56,837 nucleotides of DNA, filler included, from Porpidia crustulata (GCA_964255105.1; 4 parts of 4 records of this genome joined end to end with filler, not necessarily neighbours in it), one strand, 5' to 3'; counted from the first letter of the whole stretch, positions 1-15,053 are shown. Numbers and translations: made by a program. The notes: generated from the sequence alone by a model not told the origin.

Positions 1-220
1 GGGGGAGTGGGGGATGACGGTATGATGGCTACGGGGATAGTGATGTTCTTGTGTCAGCCTGGCTAAGTCGTTGTTGGCTCAAAAAGAGAAATTGCCTCAT
101 AAGTGGCGCGTGTGCAATGCCTTGGTTGGAGGCGTGAAATTTTCAACGTGTTCAGAACATGATTATTTGCATAATTGTATCGGCTGGCAACAGGTATCAG
201 TCGTCCGTAACACCAATTTC

Positions 221-1905
221 TCAAAACCTAGAAGCCAATTTCACATTCATAGCCAAGCTCTCGTAGAGCAGCCAAACTTTCTGATCAGACCAGTCCTTCA
301 CATTGTTCTCGGCCAACTCAAGGTCGAAGCTCCAGATGATCTTTGCCAGGATTAGACTCATTTCAGCCCATGCCAACCTAAATACAAAACTATTAGCTCT
401 TCCTTGAAAGATAGCGAACTACTAAATCAAGACTCACGTTTTACCCAGGCATGCACGAGGACCCACCATGAATGGCTCGAAGATACCTCTCCTGTCCGCA
501 TCAAACCGCGGGCTTGCGTTTTCTAGCCACCTTTCCGGATTGAAGACCAACGGATCAACGAAGTTTAGCGGAGACAGGTAGGCCGTCTTTTGCGCGATAC
601 CTACGCGTGCCTAAGAGTCCGGTCAGCAGAGGCATGGCCTGAGTATCTCTGGATTACACTCACTCCTTCTGGAACAAATCGGCCGCATACCTGCATTCCC
701 GGACGATTTATCTGGCGAGGCAAAGCCACGGGTTCGCTCGTATGCATGCGGAGCGACTCCTCTAGTACCGCGTGCAAATACGGCATTTCGATGGCTGATG
801 AAACTGTGATGTCTTCAAACTTGGAAAACCTGCCTCTGATTTCCTCCTCGAGCTTCTGCAGTACAGACGGGTTCTTCAGTGAGTACCAAATTGCTGCCGA
901 GCAAGTGCCCGCAGGGCTTCCACTACCTGCTAGTACAAGAAGGGAAACAGTGGAGTTGATCTCTTCGCGGGTCATTCCCTTCTTGTCGTTGTTCTCGAGG
1001 ATGTACTTCATGAAATCTGCTCTTTCTGATTTCTGATCGATCCGCCAGTCGACCTTCTGGGATGTCCGATCATAGTGGCGTTGTGCCATGGCTGTTAACG
1101 ATTTCGGAATGCACCATCTCACGATCGAATCCGCGGGAGCGAAGTATTGGAAAGCAGTAAGTAGCATCCCAAACTTTACGCCCTTAATGATCGTTTGTAC
1201 CCATTCATGGGTTTCCATACTCTCGAGACTGTGGAAAGATTCGCCGAAGCAGAGATCACCAACAATGTCAAAAAGCGCAAACTGGAGCCAACTACATATA
1301 TCAAGTTCAGTATGTGCTTTTGCTGCTGTGAGTTGTTGATGGAGCCGGGTAATAAGAAGATCGGAGTATTTCTTCAAGATGTATTCCTGTTCTCTCACAG
1401 CCCTATCAGAGAACGCGTGAGAAACTATTCGCCTTTGTCGAGCGTGATCTTCGTTATCAGCCGCAATCATCGCCTTCGCTCCGATAGAAACCTCGAGTTT
1501 CCCGACATCAGGCCTTGGAAGTTGAGGACGGCTGGCATGAATATCTTGCCATGCAGATGGTCCAATGAACGAAAGCTCATTTGGAGATATACGGACAACT
1601 TCTCCATACTTGCTGTGAAGATATGTGGTCCAATGAACGAAGCGGCCGTTGATAAGACGATAGACATAAGGAATGGGCGTTGCTGCTGCTGACTTTGGAC
1701 CTGGGAACACTGAAAGAGGGTGAAAGTAGATATTATAAATTACAGTAGTTATGATTTTGACAAGAGAAAGACCCACAATCTTGCGCTGTTAGCCCTGACT
1801 TCTGATGTTCTGTCGCGAAGGTAATCTTACGAGCGCAATTGCCCATTTCAAGGCAAAGGTCAAGCCGCCAACTAGACCTTGATATTTTCCAAACTCGTTT
1901 TGCAT
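221..1905 (-). CDS. Cytochrome P450 (CYP65/trichothecene C-15 hydroxylase-like), multi-exon
   Basis: Contains IYNIYFHPLSVFPGP, K-helix EESLR and heme motif FMVGPRACLG (~440-480). Manual start ATG 1905 (MQNEFGKY...), intron ~1830-1780, further introns near 660-600 and 440-380, stop TGA 221-223. Confidence 0.93.
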
Positions 1906-2212
1906 TCTTGAAGAGACGTAGCTCCAGCAAAGCTCAATGTTCCGACGAGACAAACTCTTGGCCAATAAGCTAGTGATATTCCATGTATCGACAACTCCAG
2001 GTGTAGAGTTCGCTATATCGAAAATATGTTGAGCGGCTTGACACAGACTTTGTAGATCATGTGCACAAAGTACTTAAAACCAAGGTTGAAGCATAGTAAT
2101 TGATTCCAATAGATTGGATCAGAAAAATCACTGAGGGTCGGAATAAACCCCAACATACGAGGCTGAATTGACGCGCTTGCCGAGTAACTAATTCAGCCCC
2201 TCTTCGAAGGAT

Positions 2213-2662
2213 TCAATCGCTGCTCACAGGCTCTGGTCTCGTCGAGAAGAGCACTTTATAGTACACTACATCCACGATCTCCAAATCATCATCCCCCTCA
2301 TCGTCCATATCATGTGCCAATCTCTTACGAATGACAGCCATAGGATTGATGAGTTTCTTCACTTCGCCAGTCATCCGTTGATGGCGCCCTACATAGAGAT
2401 ATGCTCTCTTCATCCAAGTCCTGCTCTCCGACGGGTCGCCCTCGGTATAGTCTGGGAAAACGAGACGGCCAATTAGTGTTCGCCCATTGTTGCCGTTCTC
2501 CTCATGGCTTGATAGCTCCGGAATTGGCAGATTGATTGTCCCTTGGATTTCGAGCAGCGCAAGTCCCGAGGGAGTATGGAGAAGATGTGGTAGAGGATTG
2601 GAGAATCCATTACTAATTTGAGACCTGTCCTTAGGGGTTACGTGCAGTTTAATGGAAGGCAT
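2213..2662 (-). CDS. CTF8: Chromosome transmission fidelity protein 8 (Ctf18-RFC subunit)
   Basis: 149-aa intronless ORF with PLPHLLHTPSGLALLEIQGTINLP, LYVGRHQRMTGEVKKL and YYKVLFSTRPEPV, typical of fungal Ctf8. Confidence 0.9.
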   Translation of the reverse strand: MPSIKLHVTPKDRSQISNGFSNPLPHLLHTPSGLALLEIQGTINLPIPELSSHEENGNNGRTLIGRLVFPDYTEGDPSESRTWMKRAYLYVGRHQRMTGEVKKLINPMAVIRKRLAHDMDDEGDDDLEIVDVVYYKVLFSTRPEPVSSD

Positions 2663-5600
2663 ATTATACTCAGTATCTGTTGTTTATCATTTATAAAACT
2701 TCCACCCCAGCGCGTGAAAGGTTTCGCGAAATGAGCTAAACTATTATCGGTTAGACTTAGATGCTCCTTCCAATGCGCAGGCGCTGTTTGCTCCAGTAAC
2801 AATTCTTGCTTGGTACTGTCTTCGACTACTATATATACAATTTCATGAGGCGCACAGGCCTTGAGTACCTTATCCACGGGACTTAGAGTATGAACGGGCA
2901 CTTCAATCCCAACAATTGACAAGCCAATCTGGCGTGCAATCCCTAATCTATCAATGCAATCTTCATACGAAAGAGCAGGGGACATTGCACTACGACATTA
3001 AAGCCTCGATTGAAGATGCGCTGTTGACTGGCGACTGTTATCCAACAAATCAAGCAGCGACTTGAATCACCAGCTTCAAACCCCTAGTCTTATACGTGGT
3101 GGCCTTATGGGACTTGGTGATTTGCTGGCACCTATTGGTCAGACTTGATATCTGTATGCTGAAAGAGGCTGTTTCAGTAAAGTCCTAATTATTTTCTTAC
3201 GTCGATCAGCTCACCATCAGCATTGGTAGTACTCTGAGAATGTCACAAGGTGTAAGCAGGCCTTGTCAGGTGATACAAAGTGTATGAATTGGTGACGGTG
3301 GTCGGTTCCTATGTGGTCAAGGCTTGAATATGACAGATACTCTGACAATGCTGCATGTTAGCAATTTCACCCCAGAATTAGGGCTTTTTCCAATCCCCTT
3401 TGATCGATAGTACCTTCTGAAGTTGACTGGTGTTGGCCTGCCCCTTCTCTTTGAAAAATTGGGTGGTTTCATTCAAGCCAGGATCACCGCTCCAGCACAA
3501 GAAAAAGTCCCCAACAACTGATTTCTTCATATGCGTTCCATCCGTTACATTATACCCCATGACTACAGGTTGATCCTCCCAAGGATGTAAGTCCACGACG
3601 CTTCGGTGATATCTCTTCTCTCGAGAGAGGATAGAATAGGGGCGAAACATATTGTTGAGGAAGCGTTCATATTTTCCGCAACTAAATTGGCCATAACGCT
3701 ATCTACGATCGAAGAAACAACCTCCTCAGCGCATTCTTAGATAGCTAAACTTATTTAGCCGACTTCTCCCACTCAAGTATCCACACCTTCGAAGCCATCG
3801 CGATTCACGTATTTGTGCTCCTTCTACATTACCACACCATCCAGACCACAACACCTCTTTCCCAAAGCGGTCCCTTAGAAATTACTAACTAGATAATCCC
3901 TCTACTTCCCTAGCTTAGCATTTAATGCCACCCCCTTTGTATAATTTGCATATCCATCTGGTTATTTCTGCACCTAATTCTCAAATCTCACCGCGTCTCT
4001 TCTCTTTAGCTACAGATAAAGATTCACAACGGTCGAACTTGCGAATTGTTGAATCTATTTCAGATGGATGAAATTGACGATCTGGATAGGGGTTCGAAGT
4101 GATACCGCTTATGCTTCTCATACGCGAATTTCCATGGATATTGGGGCGGAAAATTCTTTGGCTTGCCGATCCGGAACTAAACATTTAATAGAATCGATAG
4201 GAGCAACTCAACTAGACAGCGGACCATATCCCCTTTGACGTAGAAAAGGTATAGGCAGAGTAAGGGAGCCCGTATTTTGTCTATGCTGACTCGAATTGAA
4301 TACACAGATCCATACCCCGGTCACCGCGCATGAATACGGCGATTCGTTGCGGCTAGGTAGATTGAGAAGGGAAAGAGCGCGCAACGGCGAGTTAGAGGTA
4401 AAATGATAGTGGATTTCTGGGGGTCCAAGACAGTCGGTTACTTGATACTTGCTAGATGAAGATTTGGAGATAAAAAGTTTTTTCGTAGGGTTAAGATCGT
4501 CATCGAGATCTTTTACTCCATGATTACTATGGACTCTCCTCTATGGGCCAGTGCCGTCAAAGTTGTGGATGTAGAGTTTGATGGTAGCGATCAGTAATGT
4601 AGATAAGTACAATGTAGCCAATCATCATCTTACTCACAGACTTCTCATGTTCTACCGGGGCTTCCTTTTCCGCTTGCTGCTCACGTGCAAGTATTAGGTA
4701 TGGATACGTTCCAGTATGATGCAAAGTGACCTTCGAGTCACGTCCTTATGATCGGTCAGCGAAAGTTCATTCAAGTCTTAACACAAGACCCCTATCACTT
4801 TGGTATATCTCAGATGCTCGTCACTCCTCAGAAGAATTGTTGTATTAGTCTTACTCGCCGGCGCTGCCTCTGTGCGATGGGACTTGGTGTTAATCTAGTC
4901 ACGGCTGGGTCTGTCGCCGCCGACTTGGGGACCAGACATCATAAAGGCTAGTCGAGGAGATTCATTGCAATAAAGTATACGGGTATGACTCGTCGAGTAC
5001 CAATGCTACCGCTAGCTTTACCATGTGTAGAAAATATCTAGGCCAGCCGTGGAAGCTTTAGAAGCCGCTCCACTTCGAAGCCTGAGTCCAGAGGGGAGTC
5101 ATGAAAACCAAAGGACTCGACTCCTTCGTAGCCCTCTAATCTATTGACTGCCAGATAGTGATTACTTTCAGGCGTTTGGAGATAGGCGTAGCTGTTGCTC
5201 TTGCGTCTGTATCAGAATTCAAGGGTGTTCCGAATCCAAAAGAATGGTATCGGAGATGACAGCGCCTCCAGAGTGATTTCAAGGCGGTTAGAGCGTTAGG
5301 AAAAATTGCTGTCTACACTTGATAGACTGGGCTAAAAAAAAGGGGGGGGCGCAACCTTCTTAATCACTGTAACGGTAAGAGCAACCCGAGGAGAGTCCAA
5401 AGCTGGAAGAAATATGAAATGGTGATACGTTTCGAATTCACTTCTGTGAATCATATCTTCCCAGCAGTCTAGAGGCCCTGTCTGTCGGGCACACAGTAAG
5501 CGGGGTTTTGGTGAATATAAAGCAACTTCGGCCTCCGCGCAAAGCATTACTTCTCATCTTACGAATGCCAATCTTTTGATCACTGCTACACCATCCGATC

Positions 5601-6047
5601 TTGCAGGAGACCATGCCTTTGCGTTGATCTGCCAGCAATGCAGATCAGACAGCGGAGAAATTGTAAGTTTAGTTGATCCCTTCGCGAAATCGTGAGTTAT
5701 TGTTGAGCTTGATTATAATATCACATACGCGAAGGTAAATGGAAGTCAAGCAAGTAGTTCGATCTTGTTGACCTTGGAGTTTGATAATGTAAGTTGAACA
5801 ATGCGAAGTTTGTGCTATGACAATTAGCAAGCATATCAGAACGACTGGTCGAACAGACCCGGACAAAGAAACCGAATTGGACTTTGAAAGCTTCTATAAG
5901 TCCTTAATGCCTTTGAAATCCCCTACTCCATTATCTTGCCATTGCATATGTACACCACTCACACTATCTTCATGTCCACATAGGCATCGCGACCGGACAT
6001 TGAATTGAAAGCTATAATTTCAATACTCACTCTGTCGGTCACTCTGG

Positions 6048-7492
6048 ATGTCCAGCCACCCAAGACAGATTTGGCTACTTGAACCTTCGGAGGGTATCCC
6101 GTAAGCTTGTACTGCTTCTTACTTGGCTGAGCCAAACCTTCTGACTCCAATAGCGGCCAAATGCGGACAGCTTTGAACCCTAGGGCTCGGCCGTGGACTG
6201 GTCCTGGCACGAACAAGCATCAGGTAATGTTGAAAACTGTAGTCCAACACAATTCTCAGCTGACGAACCAGATCGCCAACATTCCCAACCGACAAGTCGT
6301 GCCATCAATTGCCCACCCACATGCTCCCATCTTGGCCATCTTACAAAAAGATAATGCGCTCGCACCTGCTAGGTTGACGATACGTCCTCGATCTCCCGGC
6401 TATATAAGGCCTGAGCACATCGCGCATATTGTGACGGATTTGCCAGAACCTACCAAGACTCTCCTCGCCCGGGGCGTGATCAGCGAAGATGTCGCTTTGG
6501 AGCAGCTGCGGGCATCAAGATCAGATCAAACTGAAACTAGCCATGAAGGACGATCTATGAGCAACCAAACCCAGAACTCATGGGTTCTTCAGGATATAGC
6601 GGAGCGCCGCAAGGCCGCAGATCGTGAGGCACGGGCAGCAAGAAATCCAACACAGGATCAGGCGGGCCCAGGAGAATTCAGCCCATCAAGCCCTGAGCAA
6701 TGGAAAGACAGCGCAGAAGCTGTAGAATGTGAGCAGCGCTCATCAGCATTCGACCTTGCGACTCCCGTACAGCAGGCTGGCGAAGATAGCATAGAGCGCG
6801 CAGATCCCGCGCAGCACTCACCAGCACATGCAAGTGGAGATGAGCACGTTCGAAAAGACTCCAATCGTCATCGCAAGGTTTGGGTTAATCCCGAATACTC
6901 GGAGCGCGATAATTGGGCAAGGATTGAAGCGAACCTTAAAAAATCGGACCTGATCAAGTCTCCTTTCGTTCCTCACAATTATGGAGAACATATCCAGCAT
7001 CGCGCAATAATCGCCGAGGCCGTCGTTCGGGACGATATCCAAAAAATTAAGATCAAGAAAGCGGAGAGGGAAAGACCACCGTTACTCATCCAGCCAGCAA
7101 TGATGGGGAGAACATTCAACGACAATCGTGGCCTTGTTACATCCATGGAGACAATTTGGTCCCCAAATTGGAAGCAGTCTGCATCTCATCCGCAAGCTAG
7201 GTGGCCTACCCCTGCCGAAATGAAGGAGGAAGGCGATGAACGCTACACATCCGGATTCGATCGTTTTTTGCCATTACCCCGTGTACCTGGGAATGAGACG
7301 GTTGGACATAAGATGAGATCCCTTGTGGCGCCTTATCATATGGATAGGGTTCGTGAGCTTCCTACGCCGGCATATGAAAACGACATACCGGAGCCAGTTG
7401 ACGAGAATGAGCAGCGGTATTGGCTGGGCAGTGATCTTTTTGAACATATCGAGAGGTACGGAGATGATCCCGAGACTGAGGCTGGAAGTTGA
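6048..7492 (+). CDS. Fungal hypothetical protein, probably conserved
   Basis: 443-aa ORF extended by an upstream exon (ATG 6048; GTAAGC..CTGAC..TAG intron joins in frame) and a second intron ~6224-6270. C-terminal block WPTPAEMKEEGDERYTSGFDRFLPLPR looks conserved. Confidence 0.75.
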
Positions 7493-8767
7493 GGAGAGGG
7501 GGGTCTTGGTCACTAGACTGTTCCTTGGAAGTGGCCATCAAAAGAGAATATTATGTCGCAATGCCTGTCAATCGGTTTCTCCTCTTGACGCTATTAGATT
7601 TAGCGGAACACGCTTACTTCTGCGGGCAACGATGAAGAGCTCTGAGTTCCATATCGCTTCCCAGAGAGACATGAACTGTTTATCGCTATTGTTACAGGGC
7701 CTTCAGCAAGCGCTACTTCTACATAGGCTGCAAGCCTATTCATCAGACAAGCATCATTTCCAGATTTCCTCTTGCCAGCACCTTGGACGGAAGCTCCTTA
7801 GTATTTAGCTCCTTAGTCATTAGCTCCATAGCAATAAAAATGATTCACGATGCCCCCTTTCCTGGTTGAAGCTCAAAAAAAGCCTGGAAGAAGCATAATA
7901 GGTGATTTCTGGGTAATCGGAACCAGGACCTGAAATCGAATGTATGCGTCACTGGCACTTATACTAGTAGGCCGCCTTTCATACTAAAATCTTGATGATC
8001 CATTTCAGTTGACAGCGATCTAAGAATTGTAGGAGCCTGGATGTTCAAGAGTCGCTCTGCTTAGCGTTAGCACCTCGTACGGCTCTCGGTTTTGCTTGGA
8101 GCCATTTTCACTTCTGTCACAACAGATTCTGCTATGTACTCAAGGTAAATTCTTCGGTTACGGATCTGGCATGAGCTTTGCAAACACGTGTACCTCTATT
8201 TCGACAGACCGCGAGGACACCTAGATTGTCTTCTTCATACTATACAGTGTAATTAGCAAGACCTCATACATTGTTTCTTTCTTGTTAAGAGTCCCAGAGT
8301 ATGTTAGAGTCTTGTGTGCGGAACAGGGTGGCCCTCAGCGTTGTGCCGACGTTCGGAAAGGGATGCTAGGCCGGAATGGTAGTGGATCTAGTAGTGTCCT
8401 CTTTGAAGGGTCTAGAGCTCGGTCGTGAATAAGGCAACGACCAGATCAGGGGACTAGACACATTGCCACGTTGGTCCTGGCTGTGATCTAACGTTGTCCT
8501 CACTGTTGTTGGTACATGATCACGAGTTTAGCGTTCTCAACTTCGCGCGAATCTGATACCCGATGGAAGCCGCCATTAGCCGCTACAGTGGAAGGACTCT
8601 AAGGGTCCTGTCGTGCATGTGCAAGGTACCGAGAGTCGCAGGGAGACTTTTATTGTATATGCCATGCAAGGCCGATTGCAGGTCATATCCAGGTCGTACG
8701 TATGTGGTCATCCGATGTCATCCCTCCGATCAAAGATAGTCTGGTTTCCAAGTTCAAGAGCACTACA

Positions 8768-10095
<1,328 letters not shown>

Positions 10096-10670
10096 AGTGG
10101 TAGGTGCTGGGAGTGACATGTGCGGAAGACGGCGTTGCGGAGTTTGGATATTGTTGAGAGACAATCGAATACTTGGCGATGACTACTGTGATATCGTTTA
10201 CCATCAGAGCTTCACTTAATTGAATTGAGAGAGATGATTCTTTTCAACGATGTATGAGGCAAGAGAGGACGGGAAATAAAACGGTGATCCACGGATTCCC
10301 GCTTCTCCCTACTCTAGCGCAAACGCCTAAGTAATTAGAGGCCGAGTAATCCCTGTCATGAATTTAATTGATATCTCGAGATTCACGTCCCTATTTGACT
10401 GTCTAAAGCTATCAATACAACTGACAAATTCCGACAAGAGTGATCATTCTCCTAATTATAAGATAGCACTCACCGTCGCCGTATGCGTGATTCAGAGAAC
10501 CACGTGCAGGCATGACGATCCAGTAACTTACCCTACCTCGATAACTGCTAGAGTTGATCAACGCTTCCCCGGTACTCGAATTTGGCGAGCCATTTTGACA
10601 CGAATTCTATGCGGGAGTCTCTTGCAACGTGCCATATCAAGATTACGACAATCACTCTGGTTCCACAGCG

Positions 10671-13544
10671 ATGGACAAAAACCAAAATCCCTCGAGTGCG
10701 GACAGCTCGGACAGAGAAGGGGTAAGCAGAGCAAAACTCGCGGCCACGATGACTCCCTGACGTGAAACAATATAGGAAAACTTCGAAGATGCTCCCGACA
10801 CTAAATCACGACCGCAATCGCGAGAGTCGAGGTCTTCATCATCAATCCGCTCGTTGACAGACCGCCCGCCATCCTCCTCTACTGTCACAACACCCCGGGT
10901 CTCACAACTCCCTCCAATCTTTACCGACCGATCCCCTCCAAAGTCTGACGGGGAAAATCTCACCAACATGTCAGAAAGCAACCCTTCGAAGTCTCCGCTT
11001 CTTACGGCTCGACGTCTCTGGACGTCGTCATTAGACGACGTGCAGCTTGAAGATAGCAACGATGCAAGTTCCAGTAGATCACGCTCAACCACAATCACGT
11101 CAGACGACAACAATATAGCCGCACCTGCTCCACCACCTAAGCTACCTGCCCGAACGAAGGGTCTTTCAGGCAACTTACCTGGCATACCTTGGGGGCCTCC
11201 ACCCGCTTCCAAGCTCCAGACCCCTGCTCCTCCTCCGCCGCCCAGAAAGCTTGCGATGCCATTCTCGTGGCTTTCGAGGAGTGTATCAATTCCTAAGGAC
11301 GCTGCGATACCGCCTTCGCAACCAGCAAGCTCCCACCTAGACCGTCGCAATACCATTGTTTCGGTAACAGGCAGCAATTCAGAGCTTATGATGAGTAGGC
11401 TGGATGAGGACAATGAGTCAGATGGCTCCGGTGCTGGTATCCATAGACATACACGCAACAGTCTCCGGGATCGTTTCAAAATGCTTCGGATGAGGGAAGA
11501 GGCTGGGATACAGTCACTTGAAGGAGCTGAGCCAGGATCGCCAACCAAGGGAGGAGTCTTTGCAGGCTTGGTTGGACGAAGTGCGAGCGTAGGACTGGGT
11601 ATCGGTAGTCCCACTAGTGTTACTGGCGAAGAGGAACGAGGACCCGGAGGATCTCCAGCTCAATCCCCGACCTCATCGATTCCACCGGCAAACGTCTTGA
11701 CCTCGACGGCTGACCCTAATCTTGCCCCTGGTACAGCCTCTGGGGTCTCTGCTGGACCTTCGGCAATGACAGATCCTGCAGCTCCCGTAGATTGGGACCT
11801 ATGGCAAGCTGTAGTTTACGAAGGGCCATCTGCAGTTGCAAAGACTAGCGCCGAGGAGCTCAACCGAGCCATTGCAAGTGGAATCCCAAGTGCCATTCGA
11901 GGCGTTGTCTGGCAAGTGTTAGCCCAGAGTAAGAACGAAGAATTGGAGGGTGTATATAAAGAGCTCGTTGTTCGAGGAACAGAAAAGGACCGGGATCTTG
12001 TGCCAATCTCTAATGGCCCGACTGCTTCTAATGCTCTTTCCAATGGCAGCACTAAGGAGAAGAACTCGATAGCTTCTTCCGCATCTTCGATACATTCAGA
12101 CCATTCCACACCTGCTACTTCGACTACGAATGGTATGGCATCGCCGTCTCCCTCGCAGGAAAGAGATGCAGAGAACATGGCAAAACTACAGTCTACGATG
12201 ATTGCGGAAAGAAAGAAGAAGTCGAAGGACGATGCCGCCATATTACAGAAGCTAGAAAAGCAGATTAAAAGAGATCTTGGGACGCGGACCAGCTATTCAA
12301 AGTATGCTGCATCTGCCGGTCTTCAAGAGGGACTCTTCGGCGTGTGTAAAGCCTATGCTCTCTTTGACGAAGGTGTCGGCTACGCCCAAGGCATGAATTT
12401 CCTGATCATGCCTCTACTCTTCAATGTATGTCATGTATAAGAACTGATACTTGGAAAGACTGCTAATTTCGTTCAGATGCCAGAGGAAGAAGCCTTTTGT
12501 CTCCTTGTCCGTCTAATGAACCAGTATCACCTTCGAGACATGTTCATCCAGGATATGCCTGGCCTTCATCTACATCTATATCAATTTGAACGTCTTCTAG
12601 AAGATCTCGAGCCAGCGTTGTACTGCCATCTGAATCGAAGAAGCGTCCAGCCCCAGTTGTATGCTACCCAATGGTTTCTGACCCTCTTCGCCTATCGTTT
12701 CCCATTGCAGCTTGTCCTCCGCGTATACGATTTGATCCTGAGTGAGGGACTTGAAGGTGCGATTCTCAAATTTGGCATCGTCCTTATGCAAAAGAATGCA
12801 GAGAACTTACTAGCCATCAACGACATGTCTACACTTATCAACTTCCTCAAGGACCGCTTATTTGATGTTTACATCGATCAAGCTCCATCAGCAAACTCGC
12901 TTCTTGAATCCGGCTTTTTTGGCAGTTCTGGGGGCATTGACAAGGAAATATACCGTGCAGACGTTCTCGTTCAAGATGCATGCGCTGTCAAAATCACTCC
13001 CGAACTTCTCGCAATTTATATCGTAGAGTGGGAACTCAAACAAAAGACCGAACGGGAACGTGAAGTCGAACTTGAATCGTTCCGCTCGACAAATACATCT
13101 CTTTCCCTGAAAGTCCGTTCACTCGAAGAACGAACCGAGAAATCGGATACCGAGCATGTACAAATGGCATCTGAGCTGGTAAGGACCAAGGTCGAAAATC
13201 AGGAGTTACATGACAGCGTCGAAGGACTAAAAGGCCAAATCGAGGAGCTAAGATCCTTAGTGGAAAAACAGCCCGAAGAAGTCGAGGGACGCCTCAAAGC
13301 AGAAATGGAGAGAATCATGCAGAGAAACCTAGAGGTGCAAAACGAGAATCGAGCACTGGAGGAGAATATGACCGAGATGGAGAAGGTACTCGTGGAGACG
13401 AAGATGCAATTTGCCGAGGTATGTCTTTGGTACTCTCGCAAACATAACCCCAATCCACGCTGACCGCGGCCCCACCAGATCAACTCCGAGCACGAAACCC
13501 TCAAGCAGAAATGGAACGACCTGCGCAAAGCCATGGACCTGTAG
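10671..13544 (+). CDS. GYP5: Rab GTPase-activating protein, TBC domain plus C-terminal coiled coil (Gyp5-like)
   Basis: GIPSAIRGVVWQ, IKRDLGTRT, GYAQGMNFL, YATQWFLTLFAY. Introns 10722-10775, 12426-12476 and 13419-13478; stop TAG 13542-13544. Confidence 0.92.
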
Positions 13545-14148
13545 CCCCACCACATCAATGCAACCCTCTTTCCTCATGTTAACTTTTTCATGCAAGCAGC
13601 GAAAAAAAAGGGGAGTTTTCTGGGCGTGCAAAATCATAGAGCTTTAACCAATATCCCCCTTCCTGTACATCCTACTATACTCCAGCGGGTGTTCTTTTTT
13701 TTTTCTTGTTCAAATATGAAGCGAGCATAATATACCCCCCCCCCTTTGGGCCTTTGTGGCTTTGCAATCGGAGCTTTGGGAGTCGTGTATAGATACCCGG
13801 GAATCGAAGCGGAATTTGCGTGCAGTGTCGTTTTAATTGTGCATCGGTGATATGCCGGTGTTTTCATGTTGTAGTAGCTATTACGCGTGGAATTTTCTAT
13901 CCAACCCTATCACGCTCGCAATGTCAAAACTCGAACATAGCCACATCGATCACTCACTCGGAAAACCCTATTCTCCTTCCTCTTTCCCTCCTCACCAAAG
14001 TCCCCACGGAAAAAAGAGTCCCCAAAAAATCCAAATACAAAATATCCAGTATGAGATCCCAATCACCCACAAAGGCGATGATTCTCCACGTTTTCTTGGA
14101 TATGTTTTGGGATGGAAATATGATGTGATGTTTCGAAATGGTTTGATG

Positions 14149-14248
14149 NNNNNNNNNNNNNNNNNNNNNNNNNNNNNNNNNNNNNNNNNNNNTTAATTAA
14201 TTAANNNNNNNNNNNNNNNNNNNNNNNNNNNNNNNNNNNNNNNNNNNN
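14149..14248. other. Artificial contig spacer N44-TTAATTAATTAA-N44
   Basis: 100-nt spacer carrying a 12-mer with stops in all six frames; identical to those at 28396 and 42622. Confidence 0.98.
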
Positions 14249-14720
14249 GGGAGATTGGTGTTGGTCAGGTTGGAAGCAAGGAGATTGAGTGAAGGCATCA
14301 CAAAAGAAAAAAATTGTTCGAGTACACGATGATGATGTGTCAATATGTTGATGTATTGAACAGAAAAGTTACGATTTCGAGCCCGCACGAGACCGTAATC
14401 TTGGTGGGTCGAGAAATCGTTGCTTCAAAACACAGAAACAACGCACACCGTTACGAATTCGCGCGCAATAGCCTAAAACACTCGAATTAAATCTTTATCT
14501 GCTGCGCTTTCGCACTGTTTTATCGTGTTCTTACAAACTCCCTCGCTGTTCTTTCGTAAGCATTTTCTCCATGTTTTTCGTGCTTCTTCGATGTTTGTAC
14601 TTGCTGCGTTCTCTTACTTTCGCGATATTCTCTCTCTCAAAAAAGCGATCTTGTTGTTTTTTCTTGGAACGCAAGTGATGGATTTTGAACACGAAGACAC
14701 GTCGCTCGTCGCTGATTGAT
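14249..14720. repeat. Probable mutated repeat or TE relic at contig end
   Basis: No credible ORF; visibly poor in CC/GG and rich in TCG/CGA and A/T runs compared with neighbouring genes. Confidence 0.4.
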
Positions 14721-15053
14721 GGGACAGTCGCTTTGCCTTCGTGCTACACTAGGACCTATTTACGTCGCTGCTCGCTTTTGACTTCCTCGAGCTCTCTCGC
14801 TGCTCCCTTGATGGCACCCCTTGTCCCACCCTGCTTCCTCAATGCTCCCCTTGGTGCGCAGCCCAACCAGCCACTCCTCGTTGATTTTGGAAGTGTTGGC
14901 GCGGCTTATATAGACTCTACGTAGCTAGGATTATCCAGTCTATGCATAACGCATACTCTCCCTATTTCATCCCTCATAGACCTTGGATGGAATCTATAGA
15001 TTAGGATTGGTCGTCACCTTCTCTGCCACTACCTGATCGCCATTCAATTCCTG

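Noticed and set aside
10652..12241. Long antisense ORFs (320 aa and 141 aa) opposite GYP5, and similar ones opposite TOK1, MTG2 and the annexin
   Set aside because: Shadow frames of real genes, with no motifs.
14193..14204. TTAATTAATTAA palindrome repeated three times at ~14.2-kb spacing
   Set aside because: Embedded in N runs; an artificial all-frame stop linker, not biology.
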